From the sequence record NC_074635.1: a DNA stretch of 34,025 bases; one strand, 5' to 3'. Positions within the stretch are counted from its first letter, which is position 1. Each line of letters opens with the position of its first letter. Position numbers and translations under genes: made by a program. Below are positions 7,871 through 15,898 of this stretch, piece after piece. The notes below the pieces were generated by a model. That model ran no database searches, had not been told where the DNA came from, and saw only the letters and a list, made by a program, of their open reading frames with translations.

Positions 7871-8387
7871 GATATTAAGTGATAAAACAATTAAAAAATT
7901 TATAGAAGAAAAAAAGTTAAAAATTGAACCACTTTACGAAGACACAATTCGTGAAAATGGCGTAGATCTCAGAATTGGTTACGAAATTTTGAGATTTAAA
8001 AAAGATGGTAATATTGTATTTTTAAATAGATTAGATAATTTGTACAAAAAAGAGACTGGAAAACATTTTTTAATTGCTCCGCATGAACATGTGCTTTTAA
8101 CAACACTTGAATATATAGAACTTCCAAATGATATTATCGGGTTAGTAAATCTTAGGTCAACGTTTGCTAGACTTGGCTTATTTATCCCACCTACAATAGT
8201 TGATGCTGGATTTAAAGGACAACTTACAATAGAATTAGTTGGTAGTGAAGTACCTATAATGCTTGATGCTGAAACTAGATTTTTACATTTAGTTTTCGCT
8301 AAAACTGATGAACCAGTTCAAAGACCTTATAGCGGAAAATATCAATATCAAGTAGGCGTGGTTGGAGCAAAAAAGGATGAGAAGTGA
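7869..8387 (+). CDS. dut: dUTPase / dCTP deaminase family
   Basis: MILSD, IRENGVDLRIG, NLRSTFARLGL, PPTIVDAGFKGQLTIEL and YSGKYQ match Sulfolobales Dcd and the SIRV dUTPase. Which activity it has cannot be told from sequence. Confidence 0.9.
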   Translation: MILSDKTIKKFIEEKKLKIEPLYEDTIRENGVDLRIGYEILRFKKDGNIVFLNRLDNLYKKETGKHFLIAPHEHVLLTTLEYIELPNDIIGLVNLRSTFARLGLFIPPTIVDAGFKGQLTIELVGSEVPIMLDAETRFLHLVFAKTDEPVQRPYSGKYQYQVGVVGAKKDEK

Positions 8388-8393
8388 TAAATT

Positions 8394-8624
8394 ATGTCTT
8401 TAAGCTATGATGAATGCTTATCAAATTTTAAAGAAAAATTTGATTATATAACTGAGGTAGAAAGAAATCTTATAGAAAGAAAATGTAGAAAAATAGTAAA
8501 AGAACAAGAGCTTATTGACAAACTAATAGAATGTATTAATTCAACATCTGATGATTTAAAACTTTTAGATTGTGTAAAAGAATTTAAAAAACAAAAAGAA
8601 AAGATAGATGAAAAAATAGATTAA
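8394..8624 (+). CDS. Small helical protein (76 aa)
   Basis: Charged and helical, four Cys, directly downstream of the dUTPase gene. Confidence 0.7.
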   Translation: MSLSYDECLSNFKEKFDYITEVERNLIERKCRKIVKEQELIDKLIECINSTSDDLKLLDCVKEFKKQKEKIDEKID

Positions 8625-8654
8625 AAATTGATAAAAATAGCAGTTAGATAACAT

Positions 8655-9542
8655 TTATTTTTTTGAGTTTAATATTTCTCTAGCTGACTTGAAAGCTAAT
8701 TTCATTTCTTCTATAAGCGAGTCTTCTCCAAGTCTTTTTAAAGAGCGTAGATAGTAGTAATATTTTTCATTTATCATTTCTTCACTATATTGTAAAACCC
8801 AAACGTTTATTTTAGCTACATCCTTATAACTATCAAATTTAATTTCGTAAGGGAAGTTAGTTTTTTCCAAAAAATCAATTAATTCGTTTACTCGTTCTTT
8901 AAATTTTTTATTTGTAGGATGATAATCTCTTCCATCTGGGAAAATTACACGTCTAAGACCAGACAGATGAATATGTATAGATGTATCTAACTGGTTTGCA
9001 TCTAAAAAAAGCGTTTTTGTTTTCGCTCCTGGCATGCCTAAAACATGTAACCAATTTACCTTGCGTTTTACATAAACATAAAATGGCAAAGTATACAAAA
9101 AGACATCATTTTTGCTAGAAGCTACAAATCCTCCCATAGCTAAATAATTAGTATATTGTCTATAGAAGTCAATTGCAAAATCTAAATCACTTTTAGTATA
9201 CATGTGGACAATTGGAATAATTTTTTCAGCTTCTTCAAATTTTGTCCACAAAAATTCAAACCAATCAAAATTTCTATTATCAACATGGTCAAAAAGTGTA
9301 GGATAATCAAGGGAAAAAAACATTAATTTGTTAGATTGTTGAGCTAATTGTTTATATTTTTTTAATACTTCTTCTGGTTTAATTTGCATGCCTTGTAATA
9401 TTATTTGATATCCACCACTATCTATAAGCGTTTCATTTTTCCACCAAATTTCATCAATTTTTAATTGATTAATTAGGACTGGGAAATTTAAATCAAATAA
9501 AAATTCATATTTTCTGCCATATTCAAAGAAAATTTTCATCAA
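8655..9542 (-). CDS. tRNA-guanine transglycosylase (TGT/DpdA)-like TIM-barrel protein
   Basis: LIDSGGYQI, FSLDYP, PIVH, LHVLG and LDTS correspond to TGT-family motifs. No C-terminal Zn-binding CxCxxC. Confidence 0.8.
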   Translation of the reverse strand: MMKIFFEYGRKYEFLFDLNFPVLINQLKIDEIWWKNETLIDSGGYQIILQGMQIKPEEVLKKYKQLAQQSNKLMFFSLDYPTLFDHVDNRNFDWFEFLWTKFEEAEKIIPIVHMYTKSDLDFAIDFYRQYTNYLAMGGFVASSKNDVFLYTLPFYVYVKRKVNWLHVLGMPGAKTKTLFLDANQLDTSIHIHLSGLRRVIFPDGRDYHPTNKKFKERVNELIDFLEKTNFPYEIKFDSYKDVAKINVWVLQYSEEMINEKYYYYLRSLKRLGEDSLIEEMKLAFKSAREILNSKK

Positions 9543-9644
9543 AATGAGAAAATGACTTATTACACTTATAAATTTTACGATTGTTAAGATTTTTTCGTGT
9601 CGAATATTTAAATATCTAAAATATTATATTTTATTTGATCACAA

Positions 9645-10049
9645 ATGGCGAAGGGTCACACACCGAGAAGTTTCGCACAGAGGTATGCCAAATGGAGTGC
9701 TAAATTTAATGCATTTAGTAATCCAACTGTTGCCAGTACAATTTTAGGAAATGTTGCACCAACTGCACAACAAAACTTCCAAACCCACGTAACTAAATTT
9801 ACTTCAGTTAATGAACAAGTTAACGCAGTGCTAACACAATACGGCGTAACTGGGCCTAACAGAGCAATTTATCAAGGCTACGGTATGAAAGTAGCAAGAG
9901 CATTGAATAGATTAGGTCAAGGGTCGGCATTAGCAAATATGATCGCTGGTTTGAAAGCTTATTACATAAATGCATTTAATGCAAATCCGCAGATTCTTGA
10001 CGCAGTGACTAATATTATAACTGGATCACCCACTGGATATATAAGCTAA
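9645..10049 (+). CDS. Major capsid protein (SIRV2 ORF134/gp26 family)
   Basis: 134 aa, MAKGHTPRSFAQRYAKWSAKFNAFSNPTVASTIL...GPNRAIYQGYG...LKAYYI...DAVTNIITGSPTGY: the hallmark rudivirus coat protein. Confidence 0.98.
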   Translation: MAKGHTPRSFAQRYAKWSAKFNAFSNPTVASTILGNVAPTAQQNFQTHVTKFTSVNEQVNAVLTQYGVTGPNRAIYQGYGMKVARALNRLGQGSALANMIAGLKAYYINAFNANPQILDAVTNIITGSPTGYIS

Positions 10050-10069
10050 CATCTTATATATTTAAGCTA

Positions 10070-10101
10070 TTTATTTTTTTATTTTTTAATTCTTTTATTT
10101 T
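10070..10101 (+). terminator. T-rich terminator after the capsid gene
   Basis: TTTATTTTTTTATTTTTTAATTCTTTTATTTT about 20 nt after the stop; crenarchaeal U-tract type. Confidence 0.5.
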
Positions 10102-10207
10102 CTATATGTTTCAACTTGAGGAGATAAAGCTATAATACATATAATTATTATAATGTATATCTGTGTTTGCTTTTGACTATAAATATGTAAGATATTGATA
10201 TTTACAT

Positions 10208-11221
10208 ATGCCTCGAAAAACTGTAATTTTAACTATGAATTATTCATCAATCAAGAATGTGGCAGAAGATATAGCTTATGTACTTAGAAAAAATAATGAA
10301 ATTGTTACAATTATTACTGAGCCAAATTTAATACCAAAAGCCGATAAATTAATTATATTTGTTCCATTTGCTCCATCTTTATTAAATTTATATCTTTATG
10401 CATATAACCAATTTAAAGGCGAAAAATATTTTTATACAACTTGTGATGGAATTCCAATAATGACTGGCGTCAATCAATATCTACTTCAAGATATAACATT
10501 TATTCCAAATAGTAAATTTACTGCTAAAAATTTACAAGAAGTTGGCTTATTCGTTGATGTTCCAGTATTTCATGGTGTTAATTTTGAAAAAATAGAAAAA
10601 TCAAAGTCAATGGCTGAAAAAATGAGACAAAAATTAGAAAAAGATTTTCCAAATAGTGTAAAATTTGGCATTGTAACTGGAACAACAAAAAGAAAAAATA
10701 TAGACTTATTAGTGGAGACTTTTCGAGTTTTAAATACTTCTTTTGCAGAAGATATGAAAGAAATGCAATTTTTTGTTATTTCACATGAAGATTTTCAAAA
10801 ACTTGAGGTACCTCAAAATGTTCATTTTGTTTCACGCTTTGGTTATAATCCCCACGAATATATATTTGCATTTTATCAATCTATGGATTATATAATTGTG
10901 CCGAGTGGAGCTGAAGGCTTTGGTCTGCCAGTCTTAGAAAGTATGGCAGTTGGCACGCCGGTCATCCACCAATTAATGCCACCGTTTGATGAATTTACAA
11001 GTTGGCAATGGAATTATTTAGTTCAACCGAAAAATATTGAAGAGTATGTAGATAAGGATAGAATGCAGAAATGGAAAATTTATAAGTTTGATCCAACTGA
11101 ATTTGCATCAGCGATAGTAATAGCAAAAAATGCGATTGATAGAGAAGAGAGGAGTGAAAACTTAAAGAAATTAGCTAAAGCTTATGATGTAGAAAAATTA
11201 TACATGAGGTTTATAAGGTGA
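10208..11221 (+). CDS. GT-B (GT4-like) glycosyltransferase (SIRV ORF335-like)
   Basis: KRKN, PSGAEGFGLPVLESMAVGTPVI (E-x7-E motif). Confidence 0.92.
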   Translation: MPRKTVILTMNYSSIKNVAEDIAYVLRKNNEIVTIITEPNLIPKADKLIIFVPFAPSLLNLYLYAYNQFKGEKYFYTTCDGIPIMTGVNQYLLQDITFIPNSKFTAKNLQEVGLFVDVPVFHGVNFEKIEKSKSMAEKMRQKLEKDFPNSVKFGIVTGTTKRKNIDLLVETFRVLNTSFAEDMKEMQFFVISHEDFQKLEVPQNVHFVSRFGYNPHEYIFAFYQSMDYIIVPSGAEGFGLPVLESMAVGTPVIHQLMPPFDEFTSWQWNYLVQPKNIEEYVDKDRMQKWKIYKFDPTEFASAIVIAKNAIDREERSENLKKLAKAYDVEKLYMRFIR

Positions 11222-11562
11222 AAAAAATGAAGATTACAGAAAATTTAATGGGATTAGGTGCCGTGTTTCTTATCGCTTTTGTTATAGTTTATGCTATTGA
11301 ACTATTAAATAATCCAGTTCTACAAGCTATAGATACTTTAGTTACAATAGTTTCATTTGTGCTAATCATTAGCACTTTTGATGAAGATAGAAAAACCTCA
11401 ATGACGTTTTTGCTGATATTGTCACTGACATGGGACATTTCAGTTGGATATTTAGTATTTTCACACTTTAATATTGAAAATGTTACAATGTGGGCAACTT
11501 TAAGTTTCTCTTATTTTCTGTTCTTTATTCCATTTTACAAACTAGTATTAGAAGAAGAATAA
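11218..11562 (+). CDS. Small multi-pass membrane protein
   Basis: About four hydrophobic segments; start overlaps the glycosyltransferase stop. Confidence 0.7.
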   Translation: MKKMKITENLMGLGAVFLIAFVIVYAIELLNNPVLQAIDTLVTIVSFVLIISTFDEDRKTSMTFLLILSLTWDISVGYLVFSHFNIENVTMWATLSFSYFLFFIPFYKLVLEEE

Positions 11563-11620
11563 ACTAGATATCAACAAAGGATGATATTATTTTAAATATG
11601 TATTAAGCTAATATTAAGCT

Positions 11621-12433
11621 ATGAAATTGTCAGATTTTGATGTTTTCGATTGTTTTTTTAGTGGCGGTAGAGATTCAGCGTTAACGTGTTATATTGCATA
11701 TAAAGTTTCTAAAGTATTAAATAAAAATTTTAGACTTATTCATATTGATACTAAAATAGCAATATCAGAAACTAAAGAATATGTAAAAAGATACGCAGAT
11801 TGGTTAAATGCAGAGTTAAAAATAGTACAAACACAATATGATTATTTTGAATTTGTAAAAAAATATGGATATCCTTCAGTAATTAAAAATAGGTGGTGTT
11901 GGCGATTTTTAAAACAAGAGCCATTATATCAATTTAAAATCGAAGAAATAAAAGAAAAAATAAATCCTTTATGGATCCTAGGTATTAGGAGAAATGAAAG
12001 TTTATTTAGACTAGAAAATTATGGAAAAATAACTAATACATTAAAACGAGGTATGATTAAGAATTTACATGTAGTAGAATGGCTACCAATATTATATTTA
12101 TCAGGTGAAGAAGTTGATAGACTTATAAATAAATTTAAAATTCCAATAAATCCCGTATGGAAAAAAATTGGAATAAGTGGAGAATGTCTATGCCTAGCGG
12201 GGACAACAAAAAAGAAATTAGAAGCGCTTTTTATAAATTATCCAGATATTGCTCAAAAGTTTTATGAATTTGATAAATCTTTAATACCTAAAAGAGAAGG
12301 TAATTTGATTCCATTAGGTCTATTAAATGATAAAAAACGATTGCATAAATTTATTGAAGAAATACAAAATAAGAAAAACCAACCTACTATAGATGAATAT
12401 TTTGCATGTCAGGGTGCATGTTTTAATTTGTAA
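11621..12433 (+). CDS. PAPS-reductase/DndC-like PP-loop protein
   Basis: FSGGRDS (PP-loop), HIDT, RWCWRFLKQEP, LGIRRNES, ISGECLC and C-terminal CQGAC. Confidence 0.85.
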   Translation: MKLSDFDVFDCFFSGGRDSALTCYIAYKVSKVLNKNFRLIHIDTKIAISETKEYVKRYADWLNAELKIVQTQYDYFEFVKKYGYPSVIKNRWCWRFLKQEPLYQFKIEEIKEKINPLWILGIRRNESLFRLENYGKITNTLKRGMIKNLHVVEWLPILYLSGEEVDRLINKFKIPINPVWKKIGISGECLCLAGTTKKKLEALFINYPDIAQKFYEFDKSLIPKREGNLIPLGLLNDKKRLHKFIEEIQNKKNQPTIDEYFACQGACFNL

Positions 12434-12476
12434 AATTTAATTAGTGCTTTTAAATGATAATGTTTCTTCTATAGAC

Positions 12477-12489
12477 TTAAATATGTATT
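12477..12489 (+). promoter_or_regulatory. TTAAATATGTATT promoter of the putative small RNA
   Basis: Same sequence class as the promoters of 11621(+), 4550(-) and 13448(-), but no start codon follows at the expected distance. Confidence 0.6.
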
Positions 12490-12506
12490 CTCAAATATAA
12501 ATATTT

Positions 12507-12572
12507 GATACGCCTATTAGGGACGGTGACGTAGCGTCCCGTCCCGCTGATTGATGATGTATTAGGCGTATC
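12507..12572 (+). ncRNA. Putative structured small RNA (~66 nt)
   Basis: Outer stem GATACGCCTA/TAGGCGTATC (10 bp), inner stems GGGACGG/CCGTCCC and GACG/CGTC with a TAG loop. GC-rich island with a promoter upstream and TTTT downstream. Confidence 0.6.
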
Positions 12573-12603
12573 GTTTTAAATATGTAAGATTTGATATTTT
12601 TAT

Positions 12604-12924
12604 ATGATGAAAGAACATCATTTGATAATGTTAGATAGAATAAGCCAATGGCTAAGTAAGAGAAATATAGAATTTAAATATATAAATTTAGGTCAAAAAT
12701 ATTTTGAGATCGCAGTAACTAGTTTAACAAATTTGACAAATAAAGATATAGAAGAACTTGAGGAAATAATTAGGGAATTTAAATTTTATCATATCTATAC
12801 GTGGTTTTGGGATTATTCTACTGAATTTGTTTATTTTGATGATGAAGATTATCAAATTACTCTAAATTTTGAGGAACAAAAAGATAGCGTAGATCTTCAA
12901 GATATAATTTTTGAAGATAAATAA
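12604..12924 (+). CDS. Acidic small protein (106 aa), weakly AcrID1-like
   Basis: Own TTTAAATATGTAAGA promoter; acidic, aromatic-rich C-terminal half. The similarity is from memory only. Confidence 0.7.
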   Translation: MMKEHHLIMLDRISQWLSKRNIEFKYINLGQKYFEIAVTSLTNLTNKDIEELEEIIREFKFYHIYTWFWDYSTEFVYFDDEDYQITLNFEEQKDSVDLQDIIFEDK

Positions 12925-12938
12925 AAAATTATAAGTTA

Positions 12939-13448
12939 TTATTTTTTATATTTTAAAAACAACTCTAAGTTAAACGCTTTTCTCCAACCAGACGTTGTTA
13001 TATTGAATTTTATTACTTCTTGTTGTGGTATTGTAACATATTGCTTTTTATAACCTATAACGAAATTATCTTGATATGGATAAAATTCATCTGCAAGAAT
13101 TTTAATTTCATATTCACCGTTATCTCTTAAATCTAAAACATCAAGATATTCAGTTATTAATTTTAATTGTTTCACATATTTAGTATTCAAATTTTCTATA
13201 TTATAAAATGGTAATTTCATATCATCATATAAAAGTAATTGTACTGTTTTACTATCTGGAAAGATATTTAAACCTTGAATTTTGTCACGTTCAATTTTTG
13301 TTTGTTTATTATTTTTAGAAAAATATGCATAATCTTCATCCATATTAAATCTATCAATTTTGAAAAATAATATTCTACCATCATTTGAAATATATGCTTT
13401 TTTGTATAAATATTTTATCTTTTTCAATATATCATCTATTGAACTCAT
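12939..13448 (-). CDS. Hypothetical protein (~169 aa)
   Basis: ORF track gives 12939..13472. The ATG at 13448 is 22 nt from the G of a TATAAATATGTATT promoter, the usual spacing in this genome. Confidence 0.75.
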   Translation of the reverse strand: MSSIDDILKKIKYLYKKAYISNDGRILFFKIDRFNMDEDYAYFSKNNKQTKIERDKIQGLNIFPDSKTVQLLLYDDMKLPFYNIENLNTKYVKQLKLITEYLDVLDLRDNGEYEIKILADEFYPYQDNFVIGYKKQYVTIPQQEVIKFNITTSGWRKAFNLELFLKYKK

Positions 13449-13775
13449 ATTTAATAGAAGATAAGAATACATATTTATACATTTTTCTTCTTAGTCAGAA
13501 TGCAAAATTTTTCAACTAAAAGAGATAACACGTTTGAGCTAACTTTTTTGTTGTTAAACTTTTTAATATTTAAAGCTTACAAGATTGTTAGACTGCCTAA
13601 TTTTACAAGAAAAAAAGCAAGTTTTGCATCAGTTAAGAGTTTTAAAAGATTACTCAAAAAACTTATATACTCAATATTTAAATAGCACGTTACATTTTAT
13701 GCGTAAAAAAATTAAAAAAATATCTCTAGAAAGAGACTAACGTAAAGAAATTTTAGTAAAAATTTAATAGTTTTG

Positions 13776-13821
13776 TCTTACAATCTTAGTTTTCTTACAA
13801 TCTACACTTTCTTGATTGTAA
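13776..13821. repeat. Composite intergenic element A (TCTTACAATC x2 + ACTTTCTTGATTGTA)
   Basis: Shares a 10-nt and a 15-nt exact block with 18442-18478; contains the TTACAATC/GATTGTAA inverted repeat. Confidence 0.7.
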
Positions 13822-13876
13822 ATGTTTCATTTATGCTTAAAAATATAAATGTAAGAGATGTTATATATTATTCAGT

Positions 13877-14257
13877 ATGGCAAATGAAGATTTTATAAAT
13901 GATATAATAACTTTTATAATTTTAGTAGCTATTGAAGTGATGATATTAATTGGAATTTATTTTAATCCAACTTTAATAAATGATCAACATTATTTTTATC
14001 TCTTTTATAGCATAGTTGTAATGATTAATTCATTTTTCGGTATAACATTTGGAAAATCGTATAATGATAAAGTTCTTGAGGCAAATAAAGATTCTGCAAT
14101 AATTATAGCTCAAGGCGTAATATTGTTTTTACTAATAACTTTCGGTTTGGGAAATAATATGCTATTTGACAATCAAAACTATCAAATAATTGTAACGACA
14201 TTATTAGGATTTTTTGCGGGAATTTTAGGTGTAAAAATTTCTACGAAATATATTTAA
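13877..14257 (+). CDS. Multi-pass membrane protein (126 aa)
   Basis: About four transmembrane segments; TATAAAT-GTAAGA promoter. Confidence 0.8.
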   Translation: MANEDFINDIITFIILVAIEVMILIGIYFNPTLINDQHYFYLFYSIVVMINSFFGITFGKSYNDKVLEANKDSAIIIAQGVILFLLITFGLGNNMLFDNQNYQIIVTTLLGFFAGILGVKISTKYI

Positions 14258-14282
14258 ACGTAAGACAATGTATTTTTTTCAT

Positions 14283-14942
14283 ATGAAGAAGTTTCATTTT
14301 AGGTTGGAAAAAAAGCCATATCTTCAACAATCAAGTCAAGAAGAGTTGACGGTAAAATACAAATATATCGGTGGACAATACGGTGAGGTAGATTGGATTT
14401 TAAACAATGGCACTTCACAAAATCAACTTGTTGGTTTAGTAAGAGGTGCGATTTTAAATATTAACAATCAAAAATATACAATTCCAGAGTATTTATTTGG
14501 TAGAGCCTTCGGAGATGTCTACTTTTTACTGGGAGCTTCACAATATCTAACAGATTTAAAAAATATTCCATTATATACACTTGCGGTTTACAATAAGAAA
14601 ACTATTGGATTTGTCTTTCAAATACCACCGAAAACATCTTTAGTTGTACCTGAGTATGGTTTTAATGGATTACAATCAATTTCAGCTTATTTAGTCCCAG
14701 TGAAAATTTCAAGTGAAAAACCTGAAATGTTCATATCAATTTACGATTATGCTGAGGTATTGCAGTACTATAGCGAAGCTGGACAAAATTACGGTTTCCT
14801 TCCAGATCCTTACGCTTTTAATAGCTACGTTGTTAGTGCTGATAATTTAGGTTACGAATTTCACGAAAGGACAATTTTGCCAATTCCAAATGAATGGATA
14901 AATCTTGCAGATAAAATAATTAGCTTATTTAAAAAATTATAA
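14283..14942 (+). CDS. Hypothetical beta-rich protein (~219 aa)
   Basis: ORF track gives 14268..14942. The ATG at 14283 is 23 nt from the G of TTTAAAC-GTAAGA. Confidence 0.8.
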   Translation: MKKFHFRLEKKPYLQQSSQEELTVKYKYIGGQYGEVDWILNNGTSQNQLVGLVRGAILNINNQKYTIPEYLFGRAFGDVYFLLGASQYLTDLKNIPLYTLAVYNKKTIGFVFQIPPKTSLVVPEYGFNGLQSISAYLVPVKISSEKPEMFISIYDYAEVLQYYSEAGQNYGFLPDPYAFNSYVVSADNLGYEFHERTILPIPNEWINLADKIISLFKKL

Positions 14943-14943
14943 G

Positions 14944-15321
14944 CTATCTTCTTTTTATTATTTCTTTAAATTCTCTTGAAAAGTTTAACAATATACCTAG
15001 TATAAAATATATTATAAATGATATTATAAGTGGTATGTCGTTTAGAATTTTTTGTGGTGAAAAATCCCAAGTAAGAAAGAAAAATGCTAAATTTATGCCA
15101 AATGTCAAAGCAATAAGAACAAATGTTACAATTACAAAGCCTAAAATTTTTTCATATATATATGAGTAATATATTTCATAAACTGACCAAACTATAGCAA
15201 TTAGAATAGCTATGTATATTATATAATTTATATTATGTATAATACGATAAAGAAGAGATATCAGTAAGCAAAAAATAGGTATAATGCCGTAGACAAATCT
15301 TAAGGCATGTTCTGAAGTCAT
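14944..15321 (-). CDS. Multi-pass membrane protein (125 aa)
   Basis: About four hydrophobic segments; start overlaps the upstream stop. Confidence 0.7.
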   Translation of the reverse strand: MTSEHALRFVYGIIPIFCLLISLLYRIIHNINYIIYIAILIAIVWSVYEIYYSYIYEKILGFVIVTFVLIALTFGINLAFFFLTWDFSPQKILNDIPLIISFIIYFILGILLNFSREFKEIIKRR

Positions 15322-15554
15322 TTTTTCATCTCATCAACTTTATTTTTTAAATCTTGAATTTGTGCTTTTACTTCACTAACTTCAGCTTTAAGCAATTTTA
15401 ATTCGGTTTTTGTATTTTGAAGTTCTTGATCTACAATTTTTTTAATTACATTTTCTAACGCATTTTTAATTTTTAGATACATTTGTATTATCGCAAACAA
15501 TATACTTAAAGTTGTAGATATTATAGTTAAAAATAGTGTAATTCCGTCAATCAT
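15318..15554 (-). CDS. N-terminal TM helix + coiled-coil protein (~78 aa)
   Basis: MIDGITLFLTIISTTLSILFAIIQMYL followed by heptads; GGTGAGG SD before the ATG at 15554. Confidence 0.8.
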   Translation of the reverse strand: MIDGITLFLTIISTTLSILFAIIQMYLKIKNALENVIKKIVDQELQNTKTELKLLKAEVSEVKAQIQDLKNKVDEMKK

Positions 15555-15858
15555 TTCCTTCCTCACCCTCAACCTGAGGTTCCATTATATTATTTGCGGG
15601 ATAAACAATACGATAATCAGCTACATATATTTGTCCAGTTTTTTTATCCTGATCAAGAAGAAATTGAAAATAAAATAAAAAACCAGGGATAATTACATCA
15701 AATAACATTGGAAAATTTCTACTTCTTTGCGTTATAATTGAAGATGCTAAATACTTTGACATACCGTATAGCTGACCAACACTTTCGAGTTCACGAACTT
15801 TATCAACTAAAAGTCTTACGCCACCGAATATGTTTTGAAATGGATCTTGCATGGGCAT
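15547..15858 (-). CDS. Conserved rudivirus hypothetical protein (SIRV2 ORF110-like by position)
   Basis: Synteny downstream of the 468-aa virion protein; clean ORF. Confidence 0.7.
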   Translation of the reverse strand: MPMQDPFQNIFGGVRLLVDKVRELESVGQLYGMSKYLASSIITQRSRNFPMLFDVIIPGFLFYFQFLLDQDKKTGQIYVADYRIVYPANNIMEPQVEGEEGND

Positions 15859-15898
15859 AAGTAAATATCATTTTACTAATTAATAAAAATTTACTTAG

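Noticed and set aside
12546-12558. Hammerhead ribozyme or C/D-box guide reading of CTGA-T-TGATGA
   Set aside because: The hammerhead CUGANGA...GAAA core is not met (no GAAA), and there are no terminal C and D boxes. The element is kept only as an unclassified structured RNA.
13500-13685. 61-aa ORF in the central intergenic region
   Set aside because: No SD or correctly spaced promoter; composition typical of AT-rich non-coding DNA.
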